64,000 nt of DNA from Eledone cirrhosa. Its lineage: Eukaryota. Below, one piece after another: positions 26,976 to 39,406 of the stretch; within the stretch, counting starts at the first letter, position 1, and each line of letters opens with the position of its first letter. The DNA lies in NCBI GenBank assembly GCA_964016885.1, contig OZ024743.1, positions 201,128,001 to 201,192,000 on the forward strand. The letters run 5' to 3'. The notes below the pieces were generated by a model, which worked only from the letters and a program-made list of their open reading frames with translations, was not told the DNA's origin and made no database searches. The translations under genes and the position numbers were made by a program.

Positions 26976-27420
26976 TCTTTAACGACTAATTTTCCATGCT
27001 TGCATGGGTTAGACGGGTTGTCCATATTATGCAGCAAGTCTGGCCAGTTGGCTGCGCCAAACCTTGCTCAAATAGAACTATATGTTATTTTGGCAGAGAT
27101 TTTTACAACTAGATGCGATTTCTAACATCAACCACATTTATTTGTTTATATATCTATATATATATTTATATATGTGTGTGTGAGGGTCTTTGAGTGCAAG
27201 TGTGTGTATGTGTATGAGTGTGTGTAAATATAAATAAATATATATGCCTATGAACACACACACACACAAATATATATATGTGTGTGTGTGTGTAAATATG
27301 TTTGTAAAATGTGTATTTATGTATATTTACATGAATGTATGTGTGTATATATTCCAATATCCAAATTACATAATTATCTAAACTACAACATATTCCTGTA
27401 TATATATATATATATATATA

Positions 27421-28003
27421 ATGTAACCCATGTGCAACCACGCAGTATTCCTCTTTCTTCTCATGTTTTTTATACATATTTACCACGGCTGCGTTTGTCT
27501 GTTTCTCTCTTTCTCTCTTACTGCTCCCCCGTTCTCTCTGTTTCTCTCACCTTCTTTCACCCTTCTGTCAGTTACACTTTCTCTCGACTGACCTCTTCCT
27601 CGCACTTCCACTCACTCACTCTCTGTTTCTCCCCTTCTCACTTCCTCCCATTTCGTTGGTGGTGGGGTTCTTTCTTTCTTTCTCACATCTCACTCACGTC
27701 GGACGGTCTGTATTCTGAACGCTCATGAAATCCACCCAGCTTATGCTGACCAGACAACCATGTTGCTTGTTTTTTTTCCTAACTTCGGTTTGCTTTATCC
27801 TTCTATGTTGTTTACTTGTCTCACTCGCTTTACGCAACTCACTTGTCCCAATACCTTTTTTTAGTTATTGCTCGCACCAACCTGAGGTATATGATTTTTA
27901 ATGCAATGAAATACCAATGATGGTTGGCAAATCACAGACGAGGGACTAATTTTATAATATGTAACCCATGTGCAACCATGCAGTATTCCTCTTTCTTCTC
28001 ATG

Positions 28004-28012
<9 letters not shown>
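27421..28012 (+). mobile_element. Non-coding 538-bp unit with ~52-bp terminal redundancy, between (TA)n tracts
   Basis: atgtaacccatgtgcaacca(c/t)gcagtattcctctttcttctcatgttttttata at 27421 and 27959. Confidence 0.7.
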
Positions 28013-28051
<39 letters not shown>

Positions 28052-28069
28052 GTATATATAGTATATATA

Positions 28070-28118
<49 letters not shown>

Positions 28119-28119
<1 letters not shown>

Positions 28120-29033
28120 GAGGTGTGTCAGAAAAGTTCCAGGACTGATGTCACAAAAGATTTATTTCAAACACAAACTTCACACTAAGAGTTTTCTCCT
28201 TCAAAGTAATCCCCCTGGAGTCTAATGCACTTTTCCATCCTTTTCTGCCATGCTTGCATACACTCCTGGAAGGATTCTTCCGGGATCCTCCGCAGTTCCG
28301 TCGTCACGGCCTTTTTGATGTCATCCATGTCTTCAAAACGGGTCCCCTCTGGGTCATACTCGAAGATCCATGACTCATCACCGGTGATGACTGTCCCTAG
28401 CAAGTCTGGTTCGGTTTCAAGATGCTCAAGGATGTCCTGGCACACTTGCATGCGTCGACCCTTCTGGTCATCGTTTAGTAGTTTTGGCACCATCTTCGTT
28501 CAGACTTTCTGCATGTCCAAATCTTCAGTGAGAATCTTCCAGACGCTGTCCCTAATGATGCCCAGCTCATTTGCCATCAGTCGAACAGTCAGCCGACGAT
28601 CACTACGCACCATCTGCCTGACGTGCTCAACGTTGAGCTCAGTCCTGGTTGTTGAGGGCCTTCCGTTCCTGGGGTCATCTTCCACATCCTTGCATCCTTC
28701 TTTAAACTTCTTGCACCACTCAAAAACATGTGAGCATGACATCGTCTCATCTCCATACACTTGCTACAGCAATCCCAGTGCTTCTGACGGAGTTTTCCCC
28801 AACCGTACCAGAAACTTCAAGTTTGTTCGTTGCTCTGTGCTCATTGCTTGATGACCTGAAACAGAGGACTGTATATAAAATTATGAAGAAAAAAGTTTGA
28901 TTGATGCAGAGAGCTAAGATTACAGTTACATACTCCAGGGGGATTATTTTGAAGGAGAAAACTCTTAGTGTGAAGTTTGGGTTTGAAATAAATCTTTTGT
29001 CACATCAGTCCTGGAACTTTTCTGACACACCTC

Positions 29034-29034
<1 letters not shown>
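28119..29034 (-). mobile_element. Non-autonomous mariner with internal deletion and 103-bp inverted termini, in (TA)n
   Basis: MSTEQRTNLKFLVRLGK..DDPRNGRPST..VPKLL..ITGDESWIFEYDPE|GTRFED..QGDYFEG; inverted repeats 28119-28221 / 28932-29034. Confidence 0.9.
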
Positions 29035-29128
<94 letters not shown>

Positions 29129-29228
29129 TTTGGTCGTCAAGTATGAAATTTGTAGAAATCTCTTTTTTTTCACAAATTTCTACAAATTTCATATCTAACG
29201 ACCTAATATATTTCTATATACGTATATA

Positions 29229-29260
<32 letters not shown>

Positions 29261-30849
29261 CATATATATTTATATGTGTATGGACACACTAGAAGAGGAA
29301 GACCAAGGTTAACGTATGTTGATGCCCTAAGGACAGACACTGGTCTGTTGGAGACGCAGGACATGGCAGTGATAATGAGGGACAGAGACCGCTGGAGAGA
29401 ACTCATCCATGGATCTCGGGAATTTTACTCGCCTTAGAAATATATATATCACTCGACAACTCTCTACATAGATATAAGATCATATTTTTTATGAAAATTC
29501 TACAGATATTGGTATGAATGATTCCAAAGAAATCTGTTGTTATTTTTATTTGTTTATTTATTTGTTTTGTGATTTTAATTTTTTTTATTTCCTGAGGTTG
29601 CCATGAAGTTGTATTAAGGCTTACTGATTCCACCCCACTCATTCACAACCACACATACACTGTTACCTTTATTACCATCAGCACCATGACAATCATCATT
29701 ACTATCACCACATCCCCATCACTACCACTGTAACTACCACCCCCAACCACCACCACAACCATTGATGTCACCACTCTCATGTTCACCACCATCACTACCA
29801 GCACTATTGACACCACCATCATCACTACCACCAATACCATCACCACCAGCATTGTCACTACCACTATTACATTCACCACCACCACTACTATTGTCACCAT
29901 CATAGCAATAATAATCACCAACACCATCACCACCATTACCAATACTTCATCAATTAGTGATGTTTGTATGGACATTTCATAATTCTTTCTCTCTTCCATC
30001 CAACTCTTTATCCCACCTCCAACCAAACCTCACCTCACTTTATCACCAGCCCCACACACTATTCCAAATAAAGCTTTTTTAAATTCTTCACAGAATTGAA
30101 ATTACATAATCCTGTTAATGAGATAGTATACTTACACACATGCATTCATCAACATGAAGCAGCATTTACAAAGATATTCATGAAAAAGTATAAAATAAAA
30201 CTACGACTACATCACATTAAAAATCAATGTTCTTAAATATTACAAATATTCACAACTATTAGGATATTACAAACATTAGAATAAACATAACCGTCTTTAG
30301 ATATTTATAACTAAACTATTACAAGAGTTAATTGATAAATGCTATTAAGACATTTTGAAGAGATACATAGAACATTGGATATACATGTCTTCTCATGAAG
30401 GCTTTCCTTGACTTTCTTAAAATTTGAATATAAGACCTACTATTATTTTTATTTTTATTTTTATTTCTTCTTATTATTTTTTATTCTTTATTTTTTTGTT
30501 TCCTTCCCTAATTTTCCCATACTACTCCTTAGAGTTTCTCTTCTTCCCCTGTCTGAATTTTTCTAAAGAAGGATTTCTGTACCAAACGACGAAACCTCCT
30601 TCACACACCCACACACACACACATATATATATATACCGAAGGAAGTGTGGTAAGGAATGAGGTGGACCATAACGCACCAGAGTACTCGATACTTTGGGTA
30701 GTAGAGTGAGTAATAGGAAAAGAGTCAGGACTCCGACGGCTGAGCTTTGGTCATTTTGACGGCTATTTCTGGACTAAATTAGTCCAGAAATATCCATCGA
30801 AACAGCTTGAGTTCTGCCGTCGGGGTCCTGACTCAAAGAGTCATATATA

Positions 30850-31723
30850 CAGGGTGCGAACTTTATTTGTTCGCAAGATTACTGTCTAGGAAAAAATAAC
30901 ACAGTAGTTTTATTTTTATGATTTATTTATCAAACTTGGGTCAGTTTGTCTTCATGACTTGTTCTTTCCATCTCACTCGATAAACCCGCCATTGGCTTTG
31001 ATGACGGCCTCAAGGTGGCCTTGGAACCGGCTACAGGCCTTCGTCACTGTCCCCCGACTTAGGCCCCTAAAGGCACTTGTGATCCTGGCCTTCAGATCGT
31101 CTTTCGTATTGCAGCTAGATCTGTTGGTGTCTCGTTCCACTGCGCCCCACACAAAGTCGAGGGGGTTGCAGTCAGGCGAGCTGGGAGGCCAGATGTAAGG
31201 TGAAGTGTGGTCGATGAAGTTCTCTGACAGCCAGGCTTGGGTCTTTCGGCTGGTATGGCAGGGCGCTGAGTCTTACTGCCACATGTACGGCCTACCTGCA
31301 GCTACCTGGTCGATCCAGGGCTTTACTACCTCGCTCAGAACGCGGATGTAGCCATCGGTGTTCAGCTTGAGGCCCTCAGGGAAGAAGTGAGGTGGCATGA
31401 CGTCACCTTGACTGCTGACGACACCTAAGACCAATGTTGTTGCTGGGAACTTTGTCTGCATGCCTCTGGGCACGTCTTTGGATGAGACAGCGAGCCACCT
31501 GTTGGTCTGGGAGTTGATCTTCTGGTCTTGGCAGAAGTTTTTCTTGTCGGAGAAAAACCACAGCATGTCTGGCTCCAGTGGGTGTTTCAACTTGTTGATC
31601 AGCTTCTTTGCGTGCTTTAGTCGCTTTTCTTGCATCGCCTTTGACTGAAATTGTCCTTTCCTCATCTTGTATGAAACGTAGCGAATGTCTTCATGTACCA
31701 CCAGGCTAATGAGCTTTTCATCC
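30850..31723 (-). mobile_element. Tc1/mariner superfamily DD37D (maT) transposon, 5'-truncated, with an in-frame stop
   Basis: WFFSD...MWQ*DSAPCH-(37 aa spacing)-SPDCNPLDF; terminus ta|cagggtgcg. Confidence 0.85.
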
Positions 31724-31944
31724 ATATATATCCATGTATATATATACTGTGTATATATATATATACCATGTACGTCAATACTCATCTTTTTCCATTTCTC
31801 TGAGGGTTCTAAACCCCACTATCAGGCTAAAAATTTCTTCAGTCAAAAATACGGTGAAAGCTTCTATTTCTAATTTCAAACTCATTCACTGTTTCAAAAC
31901 ATACTTACATATATATATATTTATATATATATATATATATATAT

Positions 31945-32596
31945 GAGAAATTAGAAATAAGAGATGTTGTTTACTCGAGAGAAGACTACGTTGGTATGGT
32001 CACGTGATGCGCATGAAAGACGACAGCTATATAAAAAAGTGCAGGGCAATAAAAATAGATGGTAGCCACGGAGTAGGCAGACCCAGAAAAACCTGGGACG
32101 ACTTGATAAATTCCGACCTCATACACTTACACCTCTCCAAGACAATGTCACTGGACCGAGAGCTTTGGCGCTACACAGTAATAGAGAAGACCCGCGTTGC
32201 TTAAGTACAAAGTGAAACCTACTACAGTCAGTAGGCACCTCTAACAAAATACACCCCCGTCCCACTACCCACACCCCATCCACACCACCCCTTTCAATGT
32301 AAAGTTATGTTGGTGTCACAACATCCAGCCCCAAACAAATGAGGTCGTGTAGGTGTCACGACAAAAAAACACACAGTCCATGATGTAATGTGGCCCTGTA
32401 GGTAACACGGTAAAAACCTCCCAGTTCCACACTGTAAATGTGGTTGGTGTTAGGAAGGGCATCCAGCCGTAGAAAACCCGCCAGACAGTCCTATGCGAGT
32501 AAGACAACCACTCTTGCCTCAAGTGGGAAAACTCCCGTCCAGACCCATGCAAGTGTGGAATATGGACGTTAAACGATGATGATGATGATGATGATG

Positions 32597-32597
<1 letters not shown>
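31945..32597 (+). mobile_element. RTE LINE 3' fragment
   Basis: MRMKDDSYIKKCRAIKIDGSHGVGRPRKTW + 3' UTR + (GAT)n. Confidence 0.9.
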
Positions 32598-32668
<71 letters not shown>

Positions 32669-33762
32669 GAAAAATGAACAAACAAATCACAAGAGGCAAA
32701 TTTAAATGGATATATTAGGTTCACACTGGTGGAAGTGAAGGAGGTTATGTATATTCAAATTTTAAGAAAGCCAAAGAAAGCCTTCATAAGAAGACATGTA
32801 TATCCAATGTTTTATGTGTCTCTTCAAAATGTCTTAATAGCATTTATCAATTAACTCTTGTAATAGTTTAGTTATAAATATCGAAAGACGGTTATGTTTA
32901 TTCTAATGTTTGTAATATCCTAATAGTTGTGAATATTTGTAATATTTAAGAACTTTGATTTTTAATGTGATGTAGTTGTAGTTTTATTTTATACTTTTTC
33001 ATGAATATCTTTGTAAATGCTGCTTCATGTTGCACAGTTCTTTCAGCAGTGTTTTCACATGGTTACTAAGCTAGCCATGATCACAGCTTAAAATACAAAA
33101 AGCATGACTTACGTATGTTTCTTATACATAAATATATTGTATATGATTTTGTATACATTTCTATTATGAATCAGAGTGTGCTCATGCTACTGCTACTGAT
33201 ACATACACTACTAATACTAAACTATCTCAAACTGACTCTGGTTCTATGTTACAAATCTGTTTATTTTAAAGTATTTATATTTATCTAAAAACCTTCCATT
33301 ATAATTTTATGTAAGAAGCTTTGTTAAGCTATGCTCCAAACACCAACTTAATAATGAGAAAATTACTTATATTACAAAACTCATTCAAATTCTAGATTAT
33401 TATTTAAATGATCTGAAAAATCCTAGACAGTATCTATCATTAGCAATATGGTAATGAAAGGGTTAAACATCTACTATTACTGAGTACTTAATGGATTAAA
33501 GTCCTAGACAAAGGACATGAAACTAAGGTTAATGAAACAATCAATCCAAATATAACTACAAGAGAATTCTACTAACATTAACCAAGTTTTGAAAAACTTA
33601 TTTATATCTCTTCTACTCCATTATCAGTATACAAGAAATGTTTCACTGCCAAAACATAAACATACATAATTGAGCAACATGTAGAAAGGAAGCTGCTAAA
33701 AAAACATACCAGAGATAAGAAATAGGGGTTAAATCAGCATGTAAAAACCAACATATTTATGC

Positions 33763-33799
<37 letters not shown>

Positions 33800-36429
33800 C
33801 ACATATATATATACACATACATGTATACACACACACACGCACACACACACACACATATATATATATGTATATATATATATGTATATGTACATGTATTTAT
33901 ATATATGTATTTGTAGCTAAGTTGGATACAAAGTCCTGTCACATTTAAGACATAATGACTTTGAAAACACAAATCGTATTTAACGAAAGAATACAATCGC
34001 GAATATAAGCAGCCAAAATGGGGTTCCTCCAAAGGGTCTTTAGAATAACATTACTGATTATAGTGCATAACTTGGAGATCAGAGAGTCACTGCAGGTAGA
34101 GCTGCTATTTCTCCGGATTGAGAAATCATAGTTCCAATACCATGGGCATGTGGTTAGAATCTCTCAGGAAAGAATTGCTGGACAGATTTTACAAGCAAAA
34201 TCAACCAGCAGGTGACCCAGAAGTAGACCCTGAGCAACATGGTTTGATAACATCCATGGCTGGTCTTGCTTGGGGATCCAGCTGGATCAGTTGGAGATGG
34301 TTTCTTCTGACAGGACCTACTGGAAGGAGTGTTTAAGAACTCTGCTCCCATGACTACCTCGGGAATAAATGGACAAAGAAGATTCTTTAAAATATATATC
34401 AATGCAAAGTTTATGTAAATTTTCTTTTAAAACATACATCAATATGTTATTTTCATAATTTATGTTGTATAATTGTCCAATCAGTGACCATTTTTATCAG
34501 GGAAAGCAGGCATTAAACATTGATAATGACAATGATGTTGAAGTGTGTTATGAAAAATTGACATAATACTTGTACTGGTTGACATGACATTTCCAGCACA
34601 GCATGTCCCCAATAACCACAGTCTTTTGTCATTTTTGTGATATGGTTCAGTTTCTTGAGGTCAGTCTTTAATATCTTGGCCCATGATTTTCTGGGATTGC
34701 CTTTTCCAAAGGTCCCATCACCTTTGAGCACCCTGTACTTCTTTATACAGCTATCATCTTCAATAAACATCATAATCCTAATGTCAATAACTAAGTACCA
34801 GTCCAGTATTGGGGTTGATTCTTCCTCTGTATCTCTTCATCACACCTTCTATTTCTCTCTCTCTGTTGTCATGAAGAACTTGGATGTGTTCAGAGGGGAG
34901 AGGGATGTGCTCTGTCAGGTTTAAATGCACAAGACATGCTGTATAGGACTATGGTAGCTCCATGACTCCAACAGGAGTTAAAGGCCCATGAATAGATCAT
35001 TAGACATACCACACTATACATTTAAAACTACGTATTACATTCTCCTTCTGAGGCTAATTTAATTCATTTGACTTTTATATATACATTTTATTATGTTTTA
35101 TTGAATCTACGAAGATTTTATACAACATAAATGTGTCAGATACACACACACCGAGCCTGTGTAGCTGTTGTTGCTTAGCTACTGCCATTGTTTCTGCTGT
35201 TACAAATATTTCTGTTGGTTTCCTAAGCCGCCACATCCATCATGGGGTTGGCAGTTGGGGTTGTTTATATCTTCAGCTTTAGCAGTCGGGGGTAACATAA
35301 AATTTCACCTGTTTCTAGTATTTACTTCATCAAAATTTGAGCAAAATATAGAATGAAAACTATCAAAGTTTTTGTTCAAACAGGTGTACTACCTGAGCTT
35401 TTCTTGGTACTTACTTCTGTTCAGGGTGGATCCCGCTGTGTTTTAAAGAGTCAAGTTAATGTATAATGTACCTGAGGTGAGTTGCATGGACAAATAATTG
35501 ATGTGAACATTCAGTTAGATAGGGTAAAGATTATGGGTGTTTGTAATAACGTCTGGTTGATGTAATTTAAGGGTCTGTTAAGAAGTTATATGGTTTGAGG
35601 CTGAAACTATTAATGAGAGTGTATGTGTGTAATTGTTGTATGTGTGTTGACTGAATTTGTGGGATGGATGGAGATATAGTTTTAGGGAGCTGGGCATATA
35701 GGTGAAGAGTAAGGAATGAAGAATGGTTTGAAGAATGGATGTTGTTGTTTAATCTTAGAGGAATCCTGACGGAGTAGATCTATACTCAAGGGATTCCAGG
35801 CATAGCCACCCTGTTTTCTCATACAAGCATTGTCACCCTGATTTCAAGGTGGTAGGACATAATTTAAGATTAATTTGTCTGGTATTCCTTGCAACTCTAG
35901 CAATTTGTTGGAGAATGCTGAATTTAGCATATGAATCTGTATTGGGTAGTGGATATATACAATGGGGTGCTGAGTGTTTAGATTTCAGATAGAAGTATAT
36001 AGACTGCTTTTGGGGTGGTATTGATTGTTGTAATCTGAGAGAGTGACTGATATGTTTTATGGGTGAAGAATACTACAATTTACTATTTCCAAAACTATCA
36101 TTTTTATAGATTAATGCCATTAGGATGGCCCCGAGACAATCTATTTTTTTATCAGTTATTTCCTTAACATAATTAGAAATGTCACTATGGTAAAATAGTA
36201 CCTGTAAAATATTTGTTTTATCAATTAATCAAAGAGAAATTCATTATTATCAACCAATATTTTATCCTTGGTCACAAAGCATTTTATAGTGACCAATGGT
36301 AGAGTTTATCTTTGGCTTAGTCCATCACAATGTGCAAGTTAAATTCTCCTGTAAATCTGCTAATCCTGGTCCTAATCTTGGACATGCAGTTCAGTGATAT
36401 TTATTTTAAATATTTCAAATTCTATTAAT

Positions 36430-36920
36430 AGTTATCCTCTATCAATGCCATATGTATCCCAATTTTTTTAGTATATGTACACCATATCCCTGCATTTTGT
36501 AAATACCATGTGGCGTATTTCAGTTTTTAGATTAGGTACACCATATCACTGCTTGTTGTAGGTAGCGTGTGTCTCCCAGTTTTTAGAATATGCACACCAC
36601 ATGCTTGCATGTTGTAAATGTCATATATATCCTAATTTTTAAAAGTGGTTCACTATATCCCTGCCTGTTGTAAATGTCATATATATTTGTAAATGCTACA
36701 TGTACCAGTTTTTAGAATATTTATGCCATATCTCTGCATATTGTAAATGTTATATCATGGTTTTTAGAATAGGTACACTGTATCCCTGCATGTCATAAGA
36801 GGCAACTAAAAGTGTTGATGTCACAAAGTGCATCTGGTTGTAAAACATTGTCTCAAAACATTCCTCTCAATCCATACAAGCATGGAAGAGTGGACATAAA
36901 CAATGATGATGATAATGATG
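36430..36920 (+). repeat. Degenerate ~58-bp minisatellite leading into a SINE-like tail
   Basis: Recurrent ttttagaata.gtacaccatatccctgcatgttgtaaatg; the last unit runs into tatccctgcatgtcataagaggcaactaaaag and an RTE-like tail; a single-unit relative lies at ~21255-21410. Confidence 0.6.
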
Positions 36921-37243
36921 TTGATGAATGAAGTGACAGTAAGAAAAGCAGATTTCTCCATTGATATACAGGTATCTCATGAACTGAGGAAGACTACTAC
37001 CATGTTAAATAGTACTAATGATGCAACTAATGTGTTCAGCCACATGATAAGTATGTGAAACATGAAGAAACATGCAATGTTTCTATGATATGAATGCTAC
37101 ACCAGACATGTTCAGAAGGTTATGATAATAGCTGTCTGATAAAACTACACACATACAAATACACATACATACACACACATCCATACATACATATATGTAT
37201 GCATACATACATACATACATACATACATACATACATACATACA

Positions 37244-37279
<36 letters not shown>

Positions 37280-38675
37280 TATACATGCATACATACATAC
37301 TGGCACAACAAAGAAACAAGCAACAAAAATATACAATATAAAAACGAAACAAAGCCATATGTAATATTTTGAAGGTGTTGCTTCAGCATGGCCAGAACCT
37401 GCAATGGTTTCTGATTTAGGCACAATGCCAACAATTTGAGGGGAGGGGAAAGTCAATTAAATCGACCCCAGTGCATTACTGGTGCTTTATGTTATCGACC
37501 TCATAAGGCTATAAGGCAAAGCTAACTTTGGAGGGATTTGAACTCAGAATGTAAAGGGCCTAACTCTATGCCACAAAGCATGTTGTCTGATGCTCTACCG
37601 ATACTGCCAATCAACCACCTTACCTACAAAAATAAATTCAAACAAAACACAACTTATTTAAATACATAGATATTTACAGTGAATGGATATCTATCAGTGA
37701 GTGTTCCAGTGTTTAATCAAATTAGCATGCAAGTGGCTAGGCATTTCACAAACACGAGTACATTTAATGTAATTCTCTAGAAGATTCTACATGACATAGA
37801 GTGTGATGAAGCTGGCTCTTTGAATTATAGGCTCAGTCCATCCAATGGGCTTCTGAACAGTTTGTGTCTACCCAATTTCACTCACAAGACTTGGGCCATC
37901 CCAAGGCTTAGTGTAAATGACATTTGTCCCAGATCAAACCCAGGAACTAATGATTGTGAAGCACTGAGGGGGGCTTCTTCTCTGAAGACATTTCTGTTGT
38001 CCAGCTCTCCTGAGAGTATCTTACCACTATTTCATTTCACCCTTTAGCATTTGCATCACTCTATATTTACCATTTTCGCAGTAAAGGCTTTACTTCACAT
38101 AATTGTCTCACATAAAATCGAATCTATGAAATGTTGATATTATTTATTTATTTTGAGAACAATGCCTTAACATCAGTATGAGTGGTCAGTTATGGCTGGT
38201 TTGAACAGAAAAGGTGAGAGAGTTCTGGCCAGATATGGCTGGTTTAAATGACATTTGGCCAAGATTGAACCCAGGACCTAATGATTGTGAAGCATTGAGG
38301 AGAGGGGTTTTTCTCTGATGACCTTCTTCTGTCCAACGACTATTTCATTTAAATGACACTTGCCCAAGATGCTATGATATGGGATCAATCCTGTGACCTT
38401 ATGATTGTGAAGAGAACTTTTTATTCATTGAGCCTTACATACACACAAAAATAGGCATGGAGATTTGGAAGTGAGTAATCTCTCAATATAATACCACTAA
38501 ATGGACAGTTATTACTCTATTCACATTGAACTCCACCCCATCACCCATACCTCTACTGTTCACTCCTCCTTTCCTCTCTCTTCCTTCTCATTATCCCATC
38601 ATCAACCTCATCATTGACATTCACATTATCATCATCACCATAAGTCTCATAATCAGTAGCATCTTATTAGTGTTG

Positions 38676-38718
<43 letters not shown>

Positions 38719-38788
38719 TTTCATCATCATCATCATCAGTAACAACTTATCAGAGTTGTTGTTGTCATCATCATCATCATCACCAGCC

Positions 38789-38824
<36 letters not shown>

Positions 38825-39234
38825 GCCTCATAATCAACATCTTATTAGTGATGTTGTTGTCAACATCATCATCATCACCATCATCATCAACAACAACCAC
38901 AATAACATCATCACCAAGTGTATATTTATAGTTTGAATTATATATTACTTACTTCCCCTAATTTGCTAGGTACTTGAAGCTGAACTTGAAGTCAAATTGT
39001 TATAGATTTTGATTAGTCACCTGACCACCTCCCACCAACCCCATCTACACTATAAACTGACCACACTATAGACTTCAGACTGACCATGACTAGTCCTAGT
39101 TTGTCCTTACATCCCTCCTTCCCACCAACCCTGCATTGCTCCATCAACTTTATGAATATATATATATATATCATATATGTTTATATATATATATACTTAT
39201 ATATATTTATATATATATACATACATCATATATA

Positions 39235-39275
<41 letters not shown>

Positions 39276-39336
39276 GTTATACAATCTAGCCTTAGCTAGG
39301 ATCTCCCAATATATATATATACATACATATATATAC

Positions 39337-39406
<70 letters not shown>

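Larger units (their letters stand above)
30150..33032. repeat. 283-bp inverted repeat pair (30150-30432 / 32750-33032) bracketing a nested transposon cluster
   Basis: caacatgaagcagcatttacaaagatattc... versus ...gaatatctttgtaaatgctgcttcatgttg; roughly 95% identical by eye. Confidence 0.9.

Noticed and set aside
35400-36070. Possible second decayed Penelope-like ORF on the minus strand
   Set aside because: Only faint motifs (YHPKS, a Cys pair followed by LYI) are visible; this needs an HMM search.
36972-37050. Possible 79-nt plus-strand exon (VSHELRKTTTML...)
   Set aside because: The acceptor and donor are weak, there is no recognisable homology, and it is adjacent to a SINE tail.
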